Shown one piece after another: positions 27,802 through 36,673 of a stretch of 64,000 bases of DNA. Location of the stretch: IMG/VR virus record IMGVR_UViG_3300012971_000002, positions 1 to 64,000 of that record. One strand, written 5' to 3'. Positions within the stretch are counted from its first letter, which is position 1; each line of letters opens with the position of its first letter. Position numbers and translations under genes: made by a program. A model generated the notes under the pieces. That model saw nothing but the letters and a program-made list of their open reading frames with translations. It ran no database searches and was not told where the DNA came from. The stretch is from a virus.

Positions 27802-27842
27802 AGTTTACATGAAACCAGAACGTTGTCAACCCCTATGTTTAA
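27802..27842 (-). promoter_or_regulatory. promoter cassette P3: TTAAACA-N6-TTGACA-N16-TAAACT-N5-ATG
   Basis: Minus strand; TAA stop of upstream gene embedded in TTAAACA. Confidence 0.6.
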
Positions 27843-28099
27843 TAGCGGGTTGCCTTCGTATAATCTTCGCTTGGCACCAGCCACGCTTCGGATCCGTCAT
27901 CATGGCGCACGGAAAGCGCCGGAACCTTGAGGGATCCTTCCACCATGCCGGTCTGGAATACCGTTCCCAGTTGGCCGGTCTTGCGGTGGCGCACGCGGTC
28001 ATTCACTTTGATCTTCTCCGAGAGCGTGCGCTTGAAGTCATTCTCGAGACGGGCTTGATTCCCGCCGAAGATCTTCTGAAAGAACATAGATGCGGTCAT
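27839..28099 (-). CDS. hypothetical protein
   Basis: 86 aa from ATG forming an ATGA overlap with the NlpC/P60-like gene stop. Confidence 0.5.
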   Translation of the reverse strand: MTASMFFQKIFGGNQARLENDFKRTLSEKIKVNDRVRHRKTGQLGTVFQTGMVEGSLKVPALSVRHDDGSEAWLVPSEDYTKATRY

Positions 28100-28626
28100 T
28101 CGACACCTTCCTTGAACCTGCGAATTGTGACCGGACCGGTGAACCATGGATCCGTTTCCGGTTTGTCTGAAAGTTGAAACTTGGCGATATTGCCGCGCCG
28201 GTAGTCCGCATCAATCCAGCGGCCGGATCCGAGATAGACCGCCACATGCTGGCCATTGAAGTTGGCCACATCTCCCGGCTTTAACAGGTATTCTTTGAGA
28301 TCCGCACGCTGGGCAAAGACGCGGATCACATTCGTCTTGGTCTTCCAGTAGACGAAAGTGAGTTCGTCGCCGTGGGCATTGGCGATAAACTTGGCGCAAT
28401 CCAATTCTTCGGTGTTGGAACGGTAGCCTTCCAGCCACTCGAGACGGGTGAGATAGTTCGAAGGATATGGAAGGTAAGCGCGGTTGTCCCAGAGCCGGAA
28501 CAGCAAGACGGCCGCGGCCAAAAGGATCACAACGGCGAGCGCCGCGACGATCCGGCGCTTGGCATACTGGGAGACAAAATATATTAGAGATCCTAATGAG
28601 ATTCCTAATAGGATTGCCGTTTGCAT
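28096..28626 (-). CDS. membrane-anchored NlpC/P60-like cysteine peptidase
   Basis: LDCAKFIANAH (Cys), KPGDVANFNGQHVAVYLGSGRWIDA (His) fit C40 layout; two N-terminal hydrophobic helices; start 28626 has AAAGGGGAA SD, alternative ATG at 28665. Confidence 0.55.
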   Translation of the reverse strand: MQTAILLGISLGSLIYFVSQYAKRRIVAALAVVILLAAAVLLFRLWDNRAYLPYPSNYLTRLEWLEGYRSNTEELDCAKFIANAHGDELTFVYWKTKTNVIRVFAQRADLKEYLLKPGDVANFNGQHVAVYLGSGRWIDADYRRGNIAKFQLSDKPETDPWFTGPVTIRRFKEGVE

Positions 28627-28747
28627 GTTTCCCCTTTCAGGTATAAAGTATGCCAACTTCGCCATGCAAGGTTAATAGTACCTTTGCTCTAAAAGTGCTT
28701 AAAAAGTAGGTACGTTCGATTCGCCGGACTTTCGCCAAGGGAGAACC

Positions 28748-30610
28748 ATGAAGATCGGAATTGTGACGAATATCAGCGCGGGGATCGGCTTGGCCACCGA
28801 ATATGGGCTTCTTCGCGATTACCTTGAAAAGCTTGGCCACCAAGTAACCGGCTTCCAGTTCGATGAAGAAGCGCCGGAGAAGCTGGAACCGATAGATCTA
28901 ATGATCTCGCTGGAAACCGTGTGCCGTCATCTGGTGGACATCGCGCCGGTCAATTGGCTGATCCCGAATCCGGAATGGACCAAGCCGCACGATCTGGATC
29001 TGATCGGCAGAGCCTACAATAAGATCCTGTGCAAGACGCGGGAAGGCGAGCGGATCTTCAAGTGTTACTTTCCGGACCGGACGCATTATGTAGGCTTTCT
29101 GGCGCGTGACGTCTTCAATCCACAGATCATCCGGAAACAGCGCTTCCTTCACATTGGCGGCAATTCCTCTTTCCGCGGTACTCAAGAAGTGCTCGATGCG
29201 TGGAAGTGGCGCAAGGATGGCTTCCCGATTGGCGCAGAACTCCTGATCGTCAGCAAGGCATTGCGGGAGCGGCCGGAGATCCCGAACGTGAAGTACTTCG
29301 ATTGGCTACCGGAGAACGAACTCCGTACGCTGCAGAATGAATGCCTGTTCCATATCTACCCGTCCGGAACCGAAGGTTTCGGCCACGCTATCCGTGAAGC
29401 GATGAGCACGAACGCCATGGTGCTGACCACGGCCGCACCGCCGATGGATGAGATCCATAGCGCCAGTAAAGTCCAAGCCCACGGTTGGTCCACCTATAAC
29501 CTTGCGAAAGTCTACGAAGTTTCCGCGCTGGATATTCATGTGGCGTGCAAGGAATTTCTTGCGAATAGTTCGCTGTTCGGTTATGGAATCTTCGGGGATT
29601 CACGCGAAGAGTTTTTGCGCGGCAATGAGTTCTTCCGGACCGCTTTCGCGGAACATCTCGAAGACTTCGTGCCGCGCTCCATGCGGATGGCTATCGCTTC
29701 CCGGCAAGGAAAGATGCGGATCTCATTCTTGGGGAATTTCCTTGCGGCCGAAAGCACGGAGAACATGATCCGTTGGGCGCTCGAGCAAGCGCTCGATCAC
29801 AGCGTGGATCTCCTGCAGGAGAACGAAGCCACACTCCGGAAGATAGATCTATCGTGTCGGAACTCGGATCTCTTTCTCTGGGTACGAACTCCCGGCTGGC
29901 TCAAAGTAGAAGACCGGGAAATGTTGGCGTGGCTTGCGGATCGTGGCTACCGGACCGCGAGCATCCATCTGGACAAGTTCTGGGGAATCCCTGAACGGGA
30001 AGCGCTGATCGGCAAGATCCCATTCTGGAAGACGAACTTTGTCTTTACCGCGGACGGTTCACGCGACGAAGACTTCGAAAAAGCCGGTGTCAATCATCAT
30101 TGGATGCAACCGGCTGTCAGCGAAGTCTACGTCCATCCCGGCACACCGCGAGATCACTACCGGTGCGATGTGGGATTCGTAGGCGCAAAGGATTACCACA
30201 GCGAGTATCCCTTCCGGCGTCAGATGGTGGAATTTCTCGAACGGACGTATGGCAACCGCTTCAAGCACATCACCGGGATCCGCGGCCACGAACTGAACGA
30301 TGTCTATGCGAGCATGAAGATCGTGGTGGGTGATTGCATTTTTGCCGGAACGCCGCGGTATTGGTCAGACCGCGTGCCGGAAACAATCGGCCGTCACGGC
30401 TTTCTTCTTCACCCGGAAGTACAGGGCTTGGATCTCCCGGTAGCCACTTACCAGCCGCAAGATCTCAAGTCACTCAAGGAACAGATTGATCTGTGGCTGT
30501 TCAATGAGGGACCGCGGAAAGAAGTGATAAAACAAGGTGTGGAACAGATCCGGCGCGATGATACTTGGACCGTGCGAATGCGCCAGATCTTGGAGATTGT
30601 CACGGCATGA
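28748..30610 (+). CDS. two-domain glycosyltransferase (GT4-like plus CgeB-like C-terminal domain)
   Basis: 620 aa; FHIYPSGTEGFGHAIREAMSTNAMVLTT matches the GT1/GT4 E-x-F-G...EAM motif; C-terminal half resembles Glyco_trans_1_2/CgeB-type; AAGGGAGAA SD. Confidence 0.75.
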   Translation: MKIGIVTNISAGIGLATEYGLLRDYLEKLGHQVTGFQFDEEAPEKLEPIDLMISLETVCRHLVDIAPVNWLIPNPEWTKPHDLDLIGRAYNKILCKTREGERIFKCYFPDRTHYVGFLARDVFNPQIIRKQRFLHIGGNSSFRGTQEVLDAWKWRKDGFPIGAELLIVSKALRERPEIPNVKYFDWLPENELRTLQNECLFHIYPSGTEGFGHAIREAMSTNAMVLTTAAPPMDEIHSASKVQAHGWSTYNLAKVYEVSALDIHVACKEFLANSSLFGYGIFGDSREEFLRGNEFFRTAFAEHLEDFVPRSMRMAIASRQGKMRISFLGNFLAAESTENMIRWALEQALDHSVDLLQENEATLRKIDLSCRNSDLFLWVRTPGWLKVEDREMLAWLADRGYRTASIHLDKFWGIPEREALIGKIPFWKTNFVFTADGSRDEDFEKAGVNHHWMQPAVSEVYVHPGTPRDHYRCDVGFVGAKDYHSEYPFRRQMVEFLERTYGNRFKHITGIRGHELNDVYASMKIVVGDCIFAGTPRYWSDRVPETIGRHGFLLHPEVQGLDLPVATYQPQDLKSLKEQIDLWLFNEGPRKEVIKQGVEQIRRDDTWTVRMRQILEIVTA

Positions 30611-31479
30611 TTCCTGTTCTCTGGCACCACGCGGATAGTTTTTGGGATTGTGCAATGCCGCGGTACATTCTGGATTACGCGACGGAATGTGACCATCAAA
30701 TCCTCAAGCCGGAAGGCTACAACCCGATTGGCCGGATCGGCGTGATCGTGATTCCCGGCCGTCATTCATGTGGCGACTATGAAGTGCTGAACCGTGTGGC
30801 CAGTCTTTACAGCAAAGTAGTCTGGATTATCATTGGCGACGAAGAAGGGATCTTCCACTCCGATCAGTTGCAACATCCGAACCAGCGGCTCTGGTGGTTC
30901 ATGCCACCGATCAATCCCAAGCAAAAAGTGGATGTTCCGGCCATCAACGGCTGGACCACGAAAGCGCTCGATCTGATCTATGAACAGAAGAAGCGGCACC
31001 TTCCGCGTAAGTGGGATTGGTCTTTCTACGGACAGGTGACACACAGCCGTCGCGTGCAATGCGTAGATGCGCTGCAGAGTATTCCGAACGGGGACATCGT
31101 TGTGACGCCGGGATTCTCGCAAGGCGTGCCGCAAGAACAGTACTTTGAAACCATGGTGCAATCGAAGTTTGTTCCTTGTCCGGCCGGTCCGTGTACGGTG
31201 GATTCGTTCCGGTTCGCGGAAGCGCTTGAAGCCGGTTGTATTCCCATCGCAGACAACCGCACCCAGCACGAAAGCTATCCACCGGGATACTGGGAATATG
31301 TTCTCGGAAACAAGTTCTTTCCGTTCTGGGTAATCAACGATTGGGCCAAGTTGCCGGACGTGATCGAGACGTTGCTTCCGAAGTGGAAGGATGTCTCGGA
31401 AGAGTGTATGCACTTCTGGAAGTCCTACAAGAAGTCACTCGTGAGGCAAATGCGAAAGGATCTCGAATGCGAGATATAA
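30607..31479 (+). CDS. exostosin/GT47-like glycosyltransferase
   Basis: 290 aa, ATGA overlap; FVPCPAGPCTVDSFRFAEALEAGCIPI matches the exostosin-family C-terminal motif. Confidence 0.6.
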   Translation: MIPVLWHHADSFWDCAMPRYILDYATECDHQILKPEGYNPIGRIGVIVIPGRHSCGDYEVLNRVASLYSKVVWIIIGDEEGIFHSDQLQHPNQRLWWFMPPINPKQKVDVPAINGWTTKALDLIYEQKKRHLPRKWDWSFYGQVTHSRRVQCVDALQSIPNGDIVVTPGFSQGVPQEQYFETMVQSKFVPCPAGPCTVDSFRFAEALEAGCIPIADNRTQHESYPPGYWEYVLGNKFFPFWVINDWAKLPDVIETLLPKWKDVSEECMHFWKSYKKSLVRQMRKDLECEI

Positions 31480-32183
31480 CCGTGGTGATTCCCACTTCAC
31501 CGATCCCGGCGCATCCTTCCACGGAGATTATCGAGCGCACGATCCAATCCATCCGGAAACATTTACCGGATTCTGAGATCGTCATCATGTGTGATGGCGT
31601 GCGGCCGGAAGTGGAACATCGCAGCAAGCAATACCGGGAATACCTTGTCTACCTGATCGAACAGGTGAATTTCAGGTATGCCAACGTTTTAATCTGTCCC
31701 TTTGCGAAGCACCTACAGCAAGCCGGAATGATGAAGGCAACTATGGCGTGGTGCCACACGCCGCTTGTTCTTTTCTGTGAGCACGACGCCACGATTGATG
31801 ACAAGCCGATTGATTGGCTGGGAATCCGCTGGATGCTGGCTTCCGAAAAAGCCAATACAGTTCGCTTCTACTGGCACGAAACCTTGCACCCGGAGCACCA
31901 GCATCTCTTCGGGGAACGCGAAGGGGACTTCGTTAAAACGATCCAGTGGTCTTCGTGGCCGCACGTCTCCCGCACGGACTTCTATCGGCGCATTCTGGAC
32001 GAATACTTTTCCGGCGATGATTGCAAGATGATCGAAACCGTGATGTACTCGCCGGTCTTGGAATTGCCGTGGGAAAAGTTCAAGACATGGATTTACGCTC
32101 CCGAGCCGGACGCTATCCGCTTCCACCATCTGGATGCACGGCGAGATCCGGTAACAGGCGAAAAAGATCCGGGGAGTTGGTAA
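31467..32183 (+). CDS. GT-A fold glycosyltransferase (GT2-like)
   Basis: 238 aa; ITVVIPTSPIPAHPS...VIMCDG N-terminus; 13-nt overlap with upstream gene. Confidence 0.55.
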   Translation: MRDITVVIPTSPIPAHPSTEIIERTIQSIRKHLPDSEIVIMCDGVRPEVEHRSKQYREYLVYLIEQVNFRYANVLICPFAKHLQQAGMMKATMAWCHTPLVLFCEHDATIDDKPIDWLGIRWMLASEKANTVRFYWHETLHPEHQHLFGEREGDFVKTIQWSSWPHVSRTDFYRRILDEYFSGDDCKMIETVMYSPVLELPWEKFKTWIYAPEPDAIRFHHLDARRDPVTGEKDPGSW

Positions 32184-32938
32184 TGGCTGAATCGCAAGAA
32201 GATGTGATCGGCAAGATGCAAGTCTGGGCATGGAACGAGATTGCTCGAGTTCATCCGGAGATCAAACCGCACTTTTTCAGTTTCGATGATCCGTACATGA
32301 TAAGTGAGATCGTAGCGCGTGACACTTACCGCTTCCGTGCCAAGCCCGGAGATCGTGTCATGGACATCGGCGCGAACGTAGGAGTCTTCACAACGTTGTG
32401 TGCGGTGAACGGCGCACAAGTAACCGCCTACGAACCACACCCGGAAGCTTATCTCATCTTGCTGGACACGATTCAGCGGAGCGGCATCCAAGACCGCGTG
32501 ATCCCGAAACAAATGGCTGTGTGGACGCATTCCGGCCAGTGTGCATACCATCCGGGCAAGACTCCGGCGCATAGCCATCCCGGCCAGACATGGGATTCCT
32601 ACAATGGCGCTGTGGTGTGGCCGGACAATTCCGGACCGGCGAACATGGCATGTGTTTCCTTCGAAGACGCCATCGGACTCGAAGACTGGGATTGCGTAAA
32701 GATGGACATCGAAGGCGCGGAGTTTGAACTTCTCCTGACCGCACCGCTTGAAGCGTTACTACGGATCAAATACCTGACACTGGAACTCCACAACGGCTGG
32801 GCTGAGAAACCGGCTTATGATGCGCTGATCGAACTATTGGGCAAGTTCTTCAAGCTTGAAGGAACTCCGGACGGGGATCCCCGCTTCGCCGGAGAAGACC
32901 GTTTCATTTCCGTCTATGCAACACGAAAGGCACTTTGA
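32183..32938 (+). CDS. FkbM-family SAM-dependent methyltransferase
   Basis: 251 aa, TAATG overlap; VMDIGANVGVFT...AYEPHPEAY...KMDIEGAEFELL. Confidence 0.75.
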   Translation: MAESQEDVIGKMQVWAWNEIARVHPEIKPHFFSFDDPYMISEIVARDTYRFRAKPGDRVMDIGANVGVFTTLCAVNGAQVTAYEPHPEAYLILLDTIQRSGIQDRVIPKQMAVWTHSGQCAYHPGKTPAHSHPGQTWDSYNGAVVWPDNSGPANMACVSFEDAIGLEDWDCVKMDIEGAEFELLLTAPLEALLRIKYLTLELHNGWAEKPAYDALIELLGKFFKLEGTPDGDPRFAGEDRFISVYATRKAL

Positions 32939-33774
32939 TGACTACCTTGTTGATGACCGGCGCAACCGGCTTTGCTGGCCGCGCTGTAGTGAATGAAGTT
33001 CTCACTCGAACCGATTGGAATATCGCCTCATTTCAAAGAGAGTGTGGAAAATTCGAATCGGAAAGAGTGGTGGAAATTCCTTGGGACTTCAAACATCCGA
33101 TGCTGGAAGCGTATATGCGTGTTCCTGTTGATGCTGATATGTTTTTCCTTCATCTTGGTGCCGATGTCCATGCTCTGCGTTCCTTGAAGGATCCGGCTTC
33201 TTTTGTAGAAACCAACGTAATGGGGACCGCCAACGTGCTCGATCTTGCTCGCCGGATGGATGTGGATCTCTTTGCTTACGTTTCCACCGGCGAAGTCTTT
33301 GGTGGCCGCGACGATGGCTACAGCAACGAAGAGGATCCGCACCGGCCGTCCAATCCTTACGCTGCAACCAAAGCCGCGGGCGAACTCCTGACGTACAGCT
33401 ATCACCGCGCTTTTGATCTACCGGCAATCATCGTGCGGACACTAAACATCTTCAGTATGGATCAAAAGGATCCGTCCAAGTTCGTGCCGATTGTCCGCAA
33501 AGCGCTCGAGACCGGCGAGACGATGAAGCTTCATGCGAAAGATGGAAGACCGGGAGTCCGTCAGTGGCTCCATGTCACCGCTTTCGCCAATCAACTAGTG
33601 GATCTCCTGAAAACTGCAACCATCGGCAAGTCATACCATCTCTACGGGGAAGAACTGAACAACCTGCAGATGGCCCAGCGTGTGGCCACGGAACTGGGCA
33701 AGGAACTGAAGTACGAATTTATCCGGATGCCGAAGACGCACGAATACCGTTATGCGATGGCGAGAAACCGATGA
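32935..33774 (+). CDS. NAD-dependent sugar epimerase/reductase (extended SDR)
   Basis: 279 aa, ATGA overlap; MTGATGFAGRAV Rossmann motif and YAATKAAGE (YxxxK). Confidence 0.8.
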   Translation: MMTTLLMTGATGFAGRAVVNEVLTRTDWNIASFQRECGKFESERVVEIPWDFKHPMLEAYMRVPVDADMFFLHLGADVHALRSLKDPASFVETNVMGTANVLDLARRMDVDLFAYVSTGEVFGGRDDGYSNEEDPHRPSNPYAATKAAGELLTYSYHRAFDLPAIIVRTLNIFSMDQKDPSKFVPIVRKALETGETMKLHAKDGRPGVRQWLHVTAFANQLVDLLKTATIGKSYHLYGEELNNLQMAQRVATELGKELKYEFIRMPKTHEYRYAMARNR

Positions 33775-34724
33775 CAACTTGCCTTGTGACCGGTGGGGCT
33801 GGATTCCTTGGCTCGCACCTTGTGAAGCATCTTCTCGAGCACACGGATTGGAACATCAAGGTGTGGGACAGCTTCACCTATGCCGCGATGGGTGGCGAAC
33901 GGCTGAAAGGCTTGGCGAAAAATAGCCGCTTCGACCTGACTGTGATAGACGTGAACCATGCGGATTATCAGGAGCTGGATCCGTCCATCAAATACATCGC
34001 GCATCTTGCCGCGGAAACTCACGTCACGCGAAGTATCGAGAAGGCTAGACCGTTTCTCTATTCCAATATCTTTGGAACTTATTCCATGCTCGAGTTCGCC
34101 CGTCAGTTGCCGAACCTGAAAAAGTTCCTGTACTTCTCCACTGATGAAGTTTTTGGCTCGTCAGATCTAACCGAAGAGTATTTCGGGGAATGGTCTCGTT
34201 ACCGGAGCGGGAATCCCTATGCGGCCACCAAAGCGGCCGGGGAAGAACTCGCATTGGCATGGTGCAATACTTTCGGTGTGCCGGTAGTGATCTCGCACTG
34301 TTCGAACCTGTTCGGGGAAGGCCAGCATCCAGAGAAGTTCATTCCACGGATAATCTACGAGATCTCTCGAGATCGGGAAGTGGTCATTCACGCCAAACCA
34401 AACGGCGAGCCGGGGCGACGGATGTACGTCTACGTTGGCGACGTCGCGGCCGCAATTAAGTTACTTCTCGAGCAAGCGGAGATCCATTGCAAGTACAACA
34501 TCCCCGGCGTTACTTTTTCCAATCTTGAAATTGCGGAGAAGATCAGCGGGATGATTGGGAAAAAATTAAAGTACTCACTGGCTTATCCGCACAAAGAACG
34601 GCCGGGATGGGACTTCTCCTATAACATTTCCGGTGATGCCATCAAAGAATATGGCTGGGAGCGCGGGGACTTCGATACACAGCTTCAGCAAACGATCCAG
34701 AGTGAGTTTGTATGCCGCGGGTAA
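33771..34724 (+). CDS. NDP-sugar 4,6-dehydratase-like SDR (RfbB-like)
   Basis: 317 aa, ATGA overlap; VTGGAGFLGSHL, STDEVFG, YAATKAAGE, NLFGEGQHPEKFIPR. Confidence 0.75.
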   Translation: MTTCLVTGGAGFLGSHLVKHLLEHTDWNIKVWDSFTYAAMGGERLKGLAKNSRFDLTVIDVNHADYQELDPSIKYIAHLAAETHVTRSIEKARPFLYSNIFGTYSMLEFARQLPNLKKFLYFSTDEVFGSSDLTEEYFGEWSRYRSGNPYAATKAAGEELALAWCNTFGVPVVISHCSNLFGEGQHPEKFIPRIIYEISRDREVVIHAKPNGEPGRRMYVYVGDVAAAIKLLLEQAEIHCKYNIPGVTFSNLEIAEKISGMIGKKLKYSLAYPHKERPGWDFSYNISGDAIKEYGWERGDFDTQLQQTIQSEFVCRG

Positions 34725-35359
34725 ACACGAAGAGTGATTCCTACGAAGCACTATGCTGGGACGTCATCACCAACGTACACCGCTACATTCCGAAGCCAAG
34801 AGATCGTGTACTGGATCTCGGCGCTCACTTCGGCGTGTTCTCGCTGTACTGTGCGGCACGCGGTTGCTATGTCAAAGCTGTGGAACCGAATCCCGAAGTG
34901 CTGGTGGAACTTGTTCACTCCGCGGCCGTGGCGAACGACATCGGAAATGGAAAGATCGAGATCGTCAACGCGGCCGTTGCGGATAAATACAGAAAGGGTT
35001 TCCTTTGGCACTTTCCGGAAACCAGTGCAATCAATACCATCATGGGACGTTCCGGATCCGATGGCTGTATAGAAGTCCAATGCTTCTCGCTGGCCGATCT
35101 CTTGGGTGAAAGCTATTGGGATTGTGTCAAGGTGGACATTGAAGGTGCGGAATACGAAACATTTATGGCCGCGTCAGAAGCAACCTTGGAGCGGATCGGC
35201 TACCTGACCATGGAAATTCACACAGATCTCATTCCGCAAGGCCAATGCCAAGAACTCGTGAAGAAGCTGGAACAAAACTTCGATTCAACTTCCAAGCTTT
35301 ACCTGAAATGGAATGGCGAACAGACTGACATCGTGACAGCCATCTACTGTTGGAGATGA
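34712..35359 (+). CDS. FkbM-family SAM-dependent methyltransferase
   Basis: 215 aa; VLDLGAHFGVFSLYCAARG...AVEPNPEV...KVDIEGAEYE. Confidence 0.75.
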   Translation: MPRVNTKSDSYEALCWDVITNVHRYIPKPRDRVLDLGAHFGVFSLYCAARGCYVKAVEPNPEVLVELVHSAAVANDIGNGKIEIVNAAVADKYRKGFLWHFPETSAINTIMGRSGSDGCIEVQCFSLADLLGESYWDCVKVDIEGAEYETFMAASEATLERIGYLTMEIHTDLIPQGQCQELVKKLEQNFDSTSKLYLKWNGEQTDIVTAIYCWR

Positions 35360-35363
35360 ATTT

Positions 35364-35687
35364 TTGTCTTTCTTTATACATGGCCATGCCACTGATAATG
35401 GAAGAACCGCCGAGTACGATGCTTGGCATAACATGCTTCAACGTTGCACAAATCCCAATCGTCCGGGCTATAGAGATTATGGTGCTCGCGGGATAAAGGT
35501 GTGTGTCCGATGGCGTGTTTTTGTAAATTTTTTGATGGATATGGGAAGAAAGCCTTCTGAAAAACACAGCATAGATCGAATCAACAATAACGGGAACTAT
35601 GAACCAGAAAATTGCCGTTGGGCCACCCGATCTCAGCAACAATCTAATCAACGAAAGCGCCGAAAGAAAGGATCTATTCATGCGTGA
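35364..35687 (+). CDS. small HNH/AP2-like DNA-binding protein (family often annotated HNH endonuclease)
   Basis: 107 aa, TTG start; EYDAWHNMLQRCTNP...YGARGIKVC..W..F..FL.DMG.KP....IDRINNNGNYEPENCRWAT; visibly A/T-richer than flanks. Confidence 0.6.
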   Translation: MSFFIHGHATDNGRTAEYDAWHNMLQRCTNPNRPGYRDYGARGIKVCVRWRVFVNFLMDMGRKPSEKHSIDRINNNGNYEPENCRWATRSQQQSNQRKRRKKGSIHA

Positions 35688-36624
35688 ATTGGTATTGGTT
35701 ACAACCTATAAAAGAAGATTCTTGTTGTTTTCCTGCCTTGAGCGAATCCGTACTTATGGGAAGGATATTCCTATCTGTGTTTTTTCAGATCGTGGAGCCA
35801 TGGAAGGCATGGATGTAGCGGAGATGTTTAAGGCTAAATGGATCCAGATGCCGGATCACGATTATTACGGAAACAGCTACAACACCATGGAAGCATACCG
35901 CTTCGCTTATAACTCCGGCGCGGATCTAACGTATCTGATTGAAGACGATGTGATGATCCACCCGGACTTCTTCGACTGGCACCGCAAGATGCACGAAGAA
36001 TGGACGGATATTTTTGCGGCTTTAGGGTGGGTATTTAATCAACACGCTCCTATAGATCACGGTGATATGTTTCAGCCGTGGATCTATTCAATTGGTCTAA
36101 GCCTGACGCGGGAGAAATTGCGGTTAGTTTCGGAGCACGCATCGCCGCGGTACTACGCCGACATGCCGGGATATATCCGTGACACCTTTCCGGCGAGTAG
36201 CTTCAATGTGCCATTCCAGATGGCCCACGTCGAACAGGACGGACTGATCCAAAGGATCTTGGAGAAGGATCGAAGCCAAACGGTTTCATCCGGCATCGCG
36301 CACTGTAGTCACATCGGCATGGGTGGCTATAACCGCGGATGGTCCAGCTATGCGAAGTTTTTCCACGGCATAGATCACTACGAAGACGCGGCCAAGAAAG
36401 TGGATGCGCTACTTGCGGATCCGTACTGGCGCATCTCGCTGTTCGGCCGGGGAATTGTAGAGCGCGAAGTGGGACAGGAGATCCCGGCACGTCAGTTGGA
36501 TTACCGGATCCGGTTCGATGGCTGGGAATCCGAGTTCACGAGCGAGATGAGCCGGGATCACCTTCCGAAGCGGATCAACAGCGCAGAAATTCCGGAGCAC
36601 GCGGAAATTGTGCTAATATCCTGA
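35680..36624 (+). CDS. GT-A-like glycosyltransferase candidate
   Basis: 314 aa from ATG 35680; LVLVTTYKRRFLL...LIEDDV (DxD-like); weak by-eye call. Confidence 0.5.
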   Translation: MRELVLVTTYKRRFLLFSCLERIRTYGKDIPICVFSDRGAMEGMDVAEMFKAKWIQMPDHDYYGNSYNTMEAYRFAYNSGADLTYLIEDDVMIHPDFFDWHRKMHEEWTDIFAALGWVFNQHAPIDHGDMFQPWIYSIGLSLTREKLRLVSEHASPRYYADMPGYIRDTFPASSFNVPFQMAHVEQDGLIQRILEKDRSQTVSSGIAHCSHIGMGGYNRGWSSYAKFFHGIDHYEDAAKKVDALLADPYWRISLFGRGIVEREVGQEIPARQLDYRIRFDGWESEFTSEMSRDHLPKRINSAEIPEHAEIVLIS

Positions 36625-36673
36625 CCATCGCCAGAATCGGGCTGGCCTATTTCTCTTTTTTCAAAGAGAGGAT

